A DNA stretch of 38,787 nucleotides from Escherichia coli (lineage in GTDB: Bacteria; Pseudomonadota; Gammaproteobacteria; Enterobacterales; Enterobacteriaceae), in NCBI RefSeq assembly GCF_003334385.1, contig NZ_QOWN01000040.1, one strand, 5' to 3'. The notes beneath the pieces were generated by a model. That model was not told the origin of the DNA. It saw nothing but the letters and a program-made list of their open reading frames with translations, and did no database searches. Positions 26,973 to 35,238 of the stretch are shown piece by piece (position 1 is the stretch's first letter; every line of letters begins with the position of its first letter). Position numbers and translations under genes: made by a program.

Positions 26973-26983
26973 GGAGGTTTATT

Positions 26984-27634
26984 ATGAACAAAACAAAAAG
27001 CAGATATCCTTCCTGGTGGGCATATTACCACTTGGCCCGCAACGCTTATTTCTTATTAGGAATACCGTGTTTACTTTTATACTCAGCCGCTTATACATCA
27101 GATTTATTAGATGATAATCTAAGACATTCAATAAGTCTTTTTATTCTGGCATATGGATGTTATTTTCTTCTTTTCATTCCTCCGCTCTGGTTATATCTGA
27201 GAACCAGAGCGAAGAAAAAGAAAGTCCAGCAGGTTGTTCAGCAGATAAAAGAAAGCAGTCCCTTTGCGCCGACCAGCGATTACGAGCAACTGTCATTCTC
27301 AAAGAGTTGTTATTTCGGGATCGACATTAAAAACGGCACCATGCTGTATGTGCGCATTTATCCGAACAATGTGATGGATGTGATTGGTCTGGATATTCAC
27401 AACTTTACCCGCACGGTTGCTGAAGACGGCAAGCTGGAAATCCACACTACATATGTGAGTCTGCCGATGATCCCACTGGAAATCTCCGGCATCTCATCAA
27501 GGACGCTGGCCAACACCATGCACACCATGGCTGCACGTGGATATGAGTACAAGGAACGTTTCCCGCAGATGATTCGGTATCGGGTTAAAGAATGGGAAAA
27601 AGTTGCCGGTGTGCCTGTTGCGGAAGTATTTTGA
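26984..27634 (+). CDS. excA: entry-exclusion-like inner-membrane protein (ExcA position)
   Basis: 216 aa with two N-terminal TM helices, a Lys-rich linker and a soluble C-terminal domain. It is immediately downstream of traY, and R64 ExcA is about 220 aa as recalled. Confidence 0.6.
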   Translation: MNKTKSRYPSWWAYYHLARNAYFLLGIPCLLLYSAAYTSDLLDDNLRHSISLFILAYGCYFLLFIPPLWLYLRTRAKKKKVQQVVQQIKESSPFAPTSDYEQLSFSKSCYFGIDIKNGTMLYVRIYPNNVMDVIGLDIHNFTRTVAEDGKLEIHTTYVSLPMIPLEISGISSRTLANTMHTMAARGYEYKERFPQMIRYRVKEWEKVAGVPVAEVF

Positions 27635-27666
27635 GGTAGCTATCAACTGTTAGACGATAATCCGTC

Positions 27667-27698
27667 AGCCGGTTTTCTCTGAACCGGCTTTTTCTTTT
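27667..27698 (+). terminator. rho-independent terminator after excA
   Basis: AGCCGGTT-TTCTCTG-AACCGGCT stem-loop followed by TTTTTCTTTT. Confidence 0.8.
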
Positions 27699-27907
27699 CA
27701 GGCAGAATGCCTGTCTGCCGTCTATCTCAGGACGCCGCATGGAGTCTCTATGTTTTCCCCACAAATTCTTAGCACTGTCTTGCCCACTGTAGACAAAATC
27801 AATACAATTCTGCATATCAGTTATCTATAAAAGATAACAATATCATTATAAATAATTATCATATCCACACACTCAAGGCAGTACCTAGAAAACATAAAGA
27901 TAAAATC

Positions 27908-29494
27908 ATGTCTGAATCCCGCAGCAATTTTCCAGCACGACATGGTACTCCATGGAATACTGAAGAGTTACAGCGTCTTCTCGTATCCATAGCGGAGGGC
28001 GTCTCGCTAAAAAAACTTACTCAAACACATCAACGATCGTCCGGGGGAATACGTGGAGCAATCAAACGCCTGCTTCCTTCTGAGTTTCTTGAGTTCAACG
28101 ATATAAACACGGTGAATGATCTCAGCAATTACTTCAACAAGATTCCTCGCCAAGAACACAATAGTATCATCAATAATTTAATATCATTGAGCACTGCAAA
28201 AACAATTGCTCATGATAAAGTTGAAATACAAAAGAATAGTTTTAAACAAAATACCCCACTCCCCCTCTGCCAACCCAATACAGATTTTAAAGATTATATA
28301 GCCGATGAACATGATGTCATTATGCTAATTCATTCTGCTATCGAAAGTTTATCTAATAAACGACATCAATATATTCTTCTAATGCGGCTCGGCACAGATG
28401 ATTCACCTCATTCTCTGGCAGATATTGCCGTCAAATTAGGAATTTCCCGTGAAAGGGTAAGACAACTTCAGGAACGAGCCCTTGGCTTACTAGCTGCTAA
28501 ATCTCGCTATGAAGGGACACCTGGAGCTTGCCTTAAAGCCCTTATTAACTCAATAGGTAATTCACCATATGATATAGCAGTATGGATTTATCGTATTGTT
28601 CATCGGGATTTCGTTACATCCTCTGACTTAGCCGCCAAATTCATTATTTTTACCGCAGGCATTCCTAAAGCAAGACGAGATGAAATAAAAAGTTCGCTCT
28701 CATTAATATCACAATTACAAAAGCAGAGGTTACGTGAACGAAGAGCAGAATTAGCACACGCTCGCGCTCAGGAAAGAGCCCGAATCAAGAAAGAAAGAGT
28801 TGAGTTCATATTCAGTAAATGGCTAGACAATACACATTGGCCAAAATATATCGCACCTCCTCCCCCCGTAGAACAGCTATGTTCACAGAGAGCGGTTAAT
28901 GATACTGACATATCTGGATTCTTTTACTCTCAAAAATTAGGTCGTACAGTCCAGTACGAATCAGGGCTTGAGTTTAAAATAATGAATCTATTAGAATGTT
29001 GCAATCAGGTTCTTTTCTATCAAGAACAACCATTTTCTATTCCATATTGTTTTAAAAACAAATCAAAAAAATACTATCCAGATTTACTCATTGCGACAGT
29101 TGATGGTCGGTGCCTACTTATGGAAGTGAAGCCAACAGACCGAATGACCTTGAGTCTCACGAGAATAAAAAGTAATGCAGGTCGCAAATGGGCACATACT
29201 CGAGGATGGGGATGGTTGGTCATTAGTGATAGGTTCTCGTTACGTCAGCTGGAAGAACATGCCATCTCAACAAACACATGGAAACTTATAGAGGCTGAAC
29301 TGAAAACATCAAGGATTTTAGCATGGCGTGAAATGATGGAGTTACGTACACGATACGAGATTCATCGTTTAGATCTTATTGCATATATCATTCAGTCTGG
29401 TGCTGAAGTGGATAACTTTTATCGAATTACCCCGAAAATATCTAATAATACATCTAACCAGAGACAACCAAATGAGAGCGACTGTCATAATTGA
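27908..29494 (+). CDS. multidomain protein: SANT/Myb-like N-terminus, sigma-70 region 4 HTH, coiled coil and TnsA-like PD-(D/E)xK nuclease domain
   Basis: Around aa 138-197, KRHQYILLMRLG...SLADIAVKLGISRERVRQLQERAL resembles sigma70 region 4. Around aa 338-440, YESGLEFKIMNLLE...YYPDLLIATVDGRCLLMEVKP resembles the TnsA N-terminal endonuclease E/D/E-x-K pattern. No TnsB/TnsC-like gene lies nearby. Confidence 0.65.
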   Translation: MSESRSNFPARHGTPWNTEELQRLLVSIAEGVSLKKLTQTHQRSSGGIRGAIKRLLPSEFLEFNDINTVNDLSNYFNKIPRQEHNSIINNLISLSTAKTIAHDKVEIQKNSFKQNTPLPLCQPNTDFKDYIADEHDVIMLIHSAIESLSNKRHQYILLMRLGTDDSPHSLADIAVKLGISRERVRQLQERALGLLAAKSRYEGTPGACLKALINSIGNSPYDIAVWIYRIVHRDFVTSSDLAAKFIIFTAGIPKARRDEIKSSLSLISQLQKQRLRERRAELAHARAQERARIKKERVEFIFSKWLDNTHWPKYIAPPPPVEQLCSQRAVNDTDISGFFYSQKLGRTVQYESGLEFKIMNLLECCNQVLFYQEQPFSIPYCFKNKSKKYYPDLLIATVDGRCLLMEVKPTDRMTLSLTRIKSNAGRKWAHTRGWGWLVISDRFSLRQLEEHAISTNTWKLIEAELKTSRILAWREMMELRTRYEIHRLDLIAYIIQSGAEVDNFYRITPKISNNTSNQRQPNESDCHN

Positions 29495-29590
29495 TGACGC
29501 ACAGGACGGAAAAAATAATAGCTGCCGGACAGCAGCAACCAGCAGTCGTCCGGTAAAAAAGACAAACAAGGCGCATTGAGGTCAGCCTTC

Positions 29591-29628
29591 GCAACAATCC
29601 GGCGGCAGATGTCCTGCCGCCGTGTTGC
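29591..29628. terminator. extended stem-loop between convergent ORFs
   Basis: GCAACA..GGCGGCAG-ATGTC-CTGCCGCC..TGTTGC: an 8-bp perfect core stem plus a 6-bp outer stem. Confidence 0.45.
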
Positions 29629-29638
29629 CCGTTAACGT

Positions 29639-29932
29639 TTAACTTCGTAGGCTAACGTTGCCACAAACACCGTATTTCCCTGCTCGATACGAAATCCGCA
29701 AAGCGAATCCCTCACCATCCAGACAAAACACAGTATCGTCACACAGACGACGATTAACATCATTAAAAACATTCGTTGTGGCATCGCAGCCCCTCCATTG
29801 CCTTTCGGCCGTCATCGGGCTACTATAATGTTGTCTAGGCATTACAGTGGGCCCTGGGTTGATTGATAAAAAAATCGCCTGGGGCTTTCTGCTACATGCC
29901 GTCCACAAAACGCTTTCGGCATACAGCCTCAA
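29639..29932 (-). CDS. hypothetical protein (start uncertain)
   Basis: ORF only. There is no clear RBS for either the Met at 29932 or the internal Met at 29842. Confidence 0.3.
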   Translation of the reverse strand: MRLYAESVLWTACSRKPQAIFLSINPGPTVMPRQHYSSPMTAERQWRGCDATTNVFNDVNRRLCDDTVFCLDGEGFALRISYRAGKYGVCGNVSLRS

Positions 29933-30113
29933 GCGCCCGCCGCTATTCTAATCGTTTTCCTGTCCGCCACAATCCTTTTCATGCCACCACGTATTTTGTG
30001 TCAGGGACAGAAATAAAGCCGGAAAGTGACTACGTGTGCACACATCTGTTTTCCGGGCTGCAGGCATCGTGTTATTTTCTGAAATGCAAAATAATAAAAA
30101 ACAAGGACACATC

Positions 30114-30356
30114 ATGAAGGATGAAATACACAGTACCAGCATTAACCCGGATGTTGTTGAGCAGTTTCTGGCCCTTATGAATACACATTGTAAATCCTCA
30201 GAAGAGGCGCTCACCATGCTGAGTACGCTTTGTTACAACCTGATGATGACATGCGGTATCCATTCCATGGACAGCCAGATGCTCAATGGGCATGGGATAT
30301 CCATGCAACTTCAGGGGATTGATATTGCCGAAAAGCCAGGCAAGAATATTCACTAA
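30114..30356 (+). CDS. small hypothetical protein
   Basis: I chose the internal ATG, which is preceded by AAGGA; 80 aa. No motif recognised. Confidence 0.45.
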   Translation: MKDEIHSTSINPDVVEQFLALMNTHCKSSEEALTMLSTLCYNLMMTCGIHSMDSQMLNGHGISMQLQGIDIAEKPGKNIH

Positions 30357-30443
30357 CCTGAACAGGGCCTGAAAACGCTGTCTTTTCAGGCCTCTGCAGG
30401 CAAAAACTGATGACAACAAAATTTCTGCGTTTGTACCCCACCG

Positions 30444-30635
30444 ATGAAAAAGACAAAAACTCACACCGGGCTTCTCATCATTAAAGATAAAACCCGACGT
30501 GTCAGCCTCTACGAAACGCCAACGGCATGGTGTATCAGGGGGCAGGAGTGCTACAGCAAAAGCACTGGACGCCGCTGTGGCAGCCACGACAGTCTGAGCA
30601 GACTGCGCCTGGACAGCATTAAGCCTGTTGAATGA
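30444..30635 (+). CDS. small basic hypothetical protein
   Basis: 63-aa ORF whose stop overlaps the next start (ATGA). Confidence 0.4.
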   Translation: MKKTKTHTGLLIIKDKTRRVSLYETPTAWCIRGQECYSKSTGRRCGSHDSLSRLRLDSIKPVE

Positions 30636-31015
30636 GTGGTGGCACCATGAAAGATAACAACACAACCGCCACCCCAGAAACCTGGAAAATGCGTTTTCTG
30701 GCCAACGGGACATCCGGCACATGGTTTTACACTGACGACATTGCAGTCACTGACGCGTGGCTTCGCGCGCACCCGGATGATGTGGAGGTTATCCCTCTCT
30801 GCCGGATACAGCCCCGCCAGCATTCCCATGAACAACATATTGAAGAACTCCGCGCAGCCCTGGCCCGGATGCTCCATATGCATCATATGATGCTGGAAAC
30901 CACACATTACCGGGAAAATATCACCGATGCCCGTTGTATCCGTGAAATGCATGAAGCGCCATTACAGGCGCTCAATATTCTGTCCAGATACCCGCATAAA
31001 AAGGACGAGGTGTGA
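30632..31015 (+). CDS. hypothetical protein
   Basis: 127 aa, translationally coupled to the previous ORF. An alternative start lies at 30647. Confidence 0.5.
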   Translation: MSGGTMKDNNTTATPETWKMRFLANGTSGTWFYTDDIAVTDAWLRAHPDDVEVIPLCRIQPRQHSHEQHIEELRAALARMLHMHHMMLETTHYRENITDARCIREMHEAPLQALNILSRYPHKKDEV

Positions 31016-31018
31016 CGC

Positions 31019-31234
31019 ATGTGGCTACTGATTTTCTGGCTTTCATCGCCCTTTAATGTCTCTTCCGGTGATGCCCGTCAGCCCACACTGGCGGTGCACA
31101 GCCAGGCCTTTCATACCGAACGGGCCTGCCGCGATGCATTGCGCGCCATTAAAAAGGAGAATGTTGGCGAATTTTCTCTGCGGGGCGTTTGTGTTTCTGA
31201 CGGAAATACGAAGGAGGAGGCTGAGAGCTCATGA
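31019..31234 (+). CDS. small hypothetical protein with a hydrophobic N-terminus
   Basis: 71 aa beginning MWLLIFWLSSPF, which is signal- or anchor-like. Starts 4 nt after the previous stop. Confidence 0.45.
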   Translation: MWLLIFWLSSPFNVSSGDARQPTLAVHSQAFHTERACRDALRAIKKENVGEFSLRGVCVSDGNTKEEAESS

Positions 31235-31455
31235 CGGATATTACTGACAGACATACACTTCGCCGTATGTCCTGGGCAGAGCTGAGCACTACGGCCCGGG
31301 ATGCAGAATCAAAACATGATTACGAAAGAGCCAGAATACTGTGGTCATACGCATACAGTATTGCAACAACCAGCATAAATAAAAATCTGGCCAGTGCACA
31401 TATTCGTTACTGTGACAAAAACATACACCTGATGAGTATAATCAAACTTTATTAA
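31231..31455 (+). CDS. ANR-family-like small regulator (AraC negative regulator type)
   Basis: 74 aa, ATGA-coupled. ARDAESKHDYERARILWSYAYSIATTSINKNLASAHIRYC fits the A..AE....Y..A...W..A......N......R..C pattern I recall for Aar/ANR proteins. Confidence 0.45.
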   Translation: MTDITDRHTLRRMSWAELSTTARDAESKHDYERARILWSYAYSIATTSINKNLASAHIRYCDKNIHLMSIIKLY

Positions 31456-31633
31456 TTATCTGTTTCTGTAAACAACATACACTCATAAAAGATAATATCT
31501 TACACAAGTAAACCAAACTGTCACAACGAAAATAACGGCCTTGCTTTATTGCATTATTCTGAAGATATCAGTATATAAGATGAGCATTCGTGGCTGGTTA
31601 ATATTTCCTCTCAGCATTCAAGACCACATCGTT

Positions 31634-31665
31634 CATTAATGCCTCATTTTAATGAGGCATTAATG
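31634..31665. repeat. 15-bp perfect inverted repeat (hairpin) between convergent genes
   Basis: CATTAATGCCTCATT-TT-AATGAGGCATTAATG lies 21 nt beyond the stop of the minus-strand transferase gene. There is no U-tract on either side. Confidence 0.6.
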
Positions 31666-31686
31666 ATTACCCAGATTAGAACCTGT

Positions 31687-33231
31687 TTAAAACGCTGAAT
31701 CTGCCTTTCCTGTAAGTAGAGGCTCTTCCGGTAAAGTCATAATCGGGACATCATGTTCACCATTAAATACCGATACATATTCAGTGTAATTACCCTGTAA
31801 TAATGGTGAAATCAACGGCAAATTCCGTGTTTGTATTCCGGTGAGCCACTGGAAAATTTCCGGAAAGCGACGGGCACTGATATGAATATCATGGTTCTGA
31901 TGCGTTACGATATCACTGGCCATAATAACAAAGGGGACATCATACCCTGAGCGTAAACCCGGCGCGTGATGAACAGGAGTGCTGTCTGAACTGACAGACA
32001 GGCCATGATCAGAAAAGTAGACCATAGCAAAATCCTCTCCACGAGCTGTCACCATCTCATAAATATTCTGCAGAAATTTATCCAGTTTCACCAGTGTCGA
32101 TAAATAACAGGATACTTTTCGCCCAAATATTTCACGGAATGGCTCAGCATCATTAAAAAGTCTGTCACAGGGATTAGGATGTGACCCCATCATATGAACA
32201 AAAATTACTTTTGGAGAGGATGAATTAACCGCCTCCCTGACGAACTGAAGCATGTCTTCATCATCTGTCCGGCGTGATGCAAAACTTCCCTCTTTAAGAA
32301 AATATTTCTTATCTGCATTGCTGGCAACAACAGAAATCAACGTATCATGTACCCCTAAAGCCCCCTGATTTGATATCCACCATGTTTCATATCCTGCATT
32401 GCTGGCAAGCGTAACCATATTATTACCAGGATTGCCTGATTCAGCATAGTCAAGAATAAGTGTTCTGCTGAGTGAATCAATGGTATTGGCCGCAGATGAA
32501 AAATAGCCATTAATAAATATACCCGGTGCTGAATTCATCCATGGTGTTGTCGGCAACGGATACCCATAGACTGAAAGATAATCCCGCCGGACACTTTCAC
32601 CAATAACAATAATTATTGTTTTATATTTCTTTTCAACACTCACTATTTCCCATGAGCTTTTTTGATTGTTATTAAGTGTTTCATAACGAATCATTTCGGC
32701 TCTGGTTTCAGCAACGCCTGTCACCACCTCCACAGCCATACGTCTGGGCCATGCATTGACCGACAATGCAATAAAAAATAACAGAAAGAGAACGCCTTTT
32801 TTGTTTCTTTCTCGTGTACGCCAGAACCAGACAGTGAACATAACTATCATCAATGAGATAATAAAATAAATAATGGGTATACCTGCGATAAACTCTTCTG
32901 CTTCTGTTACATTAGTCTGCATTAACGATGCAATAAAGCTGCCGTTAATCTTCCCGTAGATAATACCCACCGGAGCATAAAATGCACTAAACAAAAGAAA
33001 ACAGCAGACACATACTGCTGACAGTATATTCTGCCGTCCTGTCATAAACAGCAGAAACAAAAGAATAATATTACCAAATGCATTCTTCTCTGTATATCCA
33101 CAACACCATGAAACAATTACAGAAAATAACAGACAAACGAGAACTTTTTTATTCACTGCATGGATGCAGAAATTTCTTACCCCACTCAGAAAATATTCGG
33201 ATTTTTCTTGCGCGCGTAACTTACCTGGCAT
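31687..33231 (-). CDS. phosphoethanolamine transferase (EptA/OpgE/Opt-type, sulfatase superfamily)
   Basis: About 5 N-terminal TM helices, then IIIVIGESVRRDYLSVYGYPLPTTPW, SSAANTIDSLS (candidate Thr nucleophile), VHMMGSHPNP and YFSDHGLS. The gene is very AT-rich. Confidence 0.8.
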   Translation of the reverse strand: MPGKLRAQEKSEYFLSGVRNFCIHAVNKKVLVCLLFSVIVSWCCGYTEKNAFGNIILLFLLFMTGRQNILSAVCVCCFLLFSAFYAPVGIIYGKINGSFIASLMQTNVTEAEEFIAGIPIIYFIISLMIVMFTVWFWRTRERNKKGVLFLLFFIALSVNAWPRRMAVEVVTGVAETRAEMIRYETLNNNQKSSWEIVSVEKKYKTIIIVIGESVRRDYLSVYGYPLPTTPWMNSAPGIFINGYFSSAANTIDSLSRTLILDYAESGNPGNNMVTLASNAGYETWWISNQGALGVHDTLISVVASNADKKYFLKEGSFASRRTDDEDMLQFVREAVNSSSPKVIFVHMMGSHPNPCDRLFNDAEPFREIFGRKVSCYLSTLVKLDKFLQNIYEMVTARGEDFAMVYFSDHGLSVSSDSTPVHHAPGLRSGYDVPFVIMASDIVTHQNHDIHISARRFPEIFQWLTGIQTRNLPLISPLLQGNYTEYVSVFNGEHDVPIMTLPEEPLLTGKADSAF

Positions 33232-33390
33232 TCTTTACACCGATACAGACAGTTAATTAAATATTCATGGGCACTTTATGTGAAATAGTTCACAAAAGTA
33301 TCTCACACCTGTACATTCCGGCACCTATGATACCAACAAGAATATTTTCAACAACTCATTCCCTGAATTCATAAGGCACAAAATGATTAT

Positions 33391-33414
33391 AACGCCTCAC
33401 AACCACGAGGCGTT
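33391..33414 (-). terminator. stem-loop after the 154-aa membrane protein gene
   Basis: AACGCCTC-8 nt-GAGGCGTT with flanking extension. On the minus strand it is followed by ATCATTTTGTG. Confidence 0.45.
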
Positions 33415-33427
33415 AATCATAATGCAT

Positions 33428-33892
33428 TTAGTGTATAAATATACCTTTTGCTCTTTTAGAGAGATAAATATACAAAATAAAAAGAACAGCAATAACGCCA
33501 TCAATAAATATGTTTTCAATACTTCCATCAGGAGTATAATCAATCCCAACAATATAAAAACAATAGACATAACTTACAGCATAATAAACGATATAAACAA
33601 GATAAATATACAGAAGCAATCTGTTAACATGTCTTTTTCTTCTAAAGAAGGAGAGTATAAAATACATACATAACACAGAAAGAATAATAAACACCCCTAT
33701 AGATATAATAAAATACTCTTTTACCTGTGAGTCTTCGTGCAGCGACATGTACAATGAATAAAAAGTTCCAGCCAGACTCAGCCTTGTGATAAATATATAA
33801 ACAACAGACAAAAGAATAATAAAAAGAACTATACCAAACTTTGGTCTTTTTTCTTTTTGTAGCATTACAGCATTTTCCTTCATCATATACAC
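33428..33892 (-). CDS. polytopic membrane protein, unknown function
   Basis: 154 aa with about four Tyr/Ile-rich TM helices. Extremely AT-rich and upstream of the PEtN transferase on the same strand. Confidence 0.55.
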   Translation of the reverse strand: MYMMKENAVMLQKEKRPKFGIVLFIILLSVVYIFITRLSLAGTFYSLYMSLHEDSQVKEYFIISIGVFIILSVLCMYFILSFFRRKRHVNRLLLYIYLVYIVYYAVSYVYCFYIVGIDYTPDGSIENIFIDGVIAVLFILYIYLSKRAKGIFIH

Positions 33893-33975
33893 GTTCTTTA
33901 CACTATTCCTGTAAAATTTCGATAAAAGCTCATCAGATTTTGTGTGAGGACGGTGACAAAAAATGAGTCCGGTTT

Positions 33976-34656
33976 TTAAAGGGTATATGCAGAAACCATC
34001 CGTGTGGTTCCGGTCAGCGTGTCTGAGACCTCAACATCCCGGGTGATGATTGTCATTCCGGACTGACGCAGCCGCTGCACATCTGCGGCAATACGCTGAA
34101 TACCAAGCCAGAACAGACCATCCAGCGCGGTGACAATTAACCCGCTTTCCAGCGCCAGTTTCAGCCGTGCTGTCGGAGCTTTAACCTCCCCGGCTATATC
34201 AGTGAAACAACGTGTCGTCATGCCATAGCTGTCCACCCGCCGTATTCGCGTCGCAAGACTGTAACTGAAGCTATCAGGCACGCCGGATAAGTCATTCTGC
34301 AGACTGTATACACATCCCCGCTGCCGCTCATTGAATACGACTTTTTTCTGGCTGAGCAGCCATTCCCGCCGCAGGCTGTCAATCATCTGCGGTGTCCGGG
34401 TTAACAGCAGACGAAACGGCAGTTCAAAACTGGTCACGTAATCAACATTCAGCAAAGCTGTCCGTAGCCGCTCCCTGGCACCTGCTCCGGTATCACGGCA
34501 TTCACGCATGACATCTGCCCACTGGCGCATCAGTCGCGGAGACTCATTCCTAGCCCTGAACTGATATTTCTCAATCTGATAATCAATATGTTCCTGCATA
34601 CCGTCACCGGATATCTGTTGCCGTATCATCACGGATATCAGCGTACTGGAATTCAT
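33976..34656 (-). CDS. DNA-binding protein with a C-terminal HTH_39-like winged helix
   Basis: The C-terminus ALESGLIVTALDGLFWLGIQRIAADVQRLRQSGMTIITRDVEVSDTLTGTTRMVSAYTL fits the pattern of the PF14090-type HTH as recalled. The N-terminal domain is unrecognised. Confidence 0.55.
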   Translation of the reverse strand: MNSSTLISVMIRQQISGDGMQEHIDYQIEKYQFRARNESPRLMRQWADVMRECRDTGAGARERLRTALLNVDYVTSFELPFRLLLTRTPQMIDSLRREWLLSQKKVVFNERQRGCVYSLQNDLSGVPDSFSYSLATRIRRVDSYGMTTRCFTDIAGEVKAPTARLKLALESGLIVTALDGLFWLGIQRIAADVQRLRQSGMTIITRDVEVSDTLTGTTRMVSAYTL

Positions 34657-34758
34657 GCCCTGCGTGAAGTATCACACTGCCAAAAAAAACACACCTGAAC
34701 GTTATTATTTCGCAATATTAATTGCACCTGTTTTCATAAATAAAAAGGAGACGATGAA

Positions 34759-35226
34759 ATGATAAAATATATCTTTTCACTCACCATTATTTTTTCCGCT
34801 TCTCTCTGTGCCGCACAGATTCAGGGGCACGTCATCCGCGTTCTTGATGGTGATACGCTGGAAATATTACAGGACAAAAAGCCTGTCAGGGTCCGTCTGG
34901 CTAATATTGATGCACCGGAAAAGAAACAGCCCTTTGGACGCTGGTCAGCCACTCAGTTGAAGGACCTGGTGGCCGGAAAGCCCGTAACCGTGCAATACGC
35001 GCAGACAGACAGGTATGGCCGTATTCTCGGCCGGGTCTATACCGCTGACGGCACAGAAGCAAATCGCTGGCAGGTCCGTAACGGCGCTGCCTGGGTGTAC
35101 CCGGACTACAATAATGACTATACTCTCCCGCCGCTCCAGCGTGATGCCCGCGCCCTGAAGCGGGGATTATGGGCAGATAAAAATCCGGTACCACCATGGA
35201 CCTGGAGAAAACAGAATAAAGAATAA
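34759..35226 (+). CDS. nuc: secreted staphylococcal-nuclease-like thermonuclease
   Basis: Signal peptide MIKYIFSLTIIFSASLCAA and the SNase motif VIRVLDGDTLEIL...VRLANIDAPEKKQPFG...YGRILGRVY. AAGGAG lies 8 nt upstream. Confidence 0.85.
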   Translation: MIKYIFSLTIIFSASLCAAQIQGHVIRVLDGDTLEILQDKKPVRVRLANIDAPEKKQPFGRWSATQLKDLVAGKPVTVQYAQTDRYGRILGRVYTADGTEANRWQVRNGAAWVYPDYNNDYTLPPLQRDARALKRGLWADKNPVPPWTWRKQNKE

Positions 35227-35238
35227 TTATTTGCTGAT

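Noticed and set aside
31687-33231. Calling the phosphoethanolamine transferase an mcr colistin-resistance gene.
   Set aside because: Only family-level motifs are recognisable. I see no similarity specific to MCR/EptA lipid A enzymes, so the substrate cannot be assigned without phylogeny or assays.
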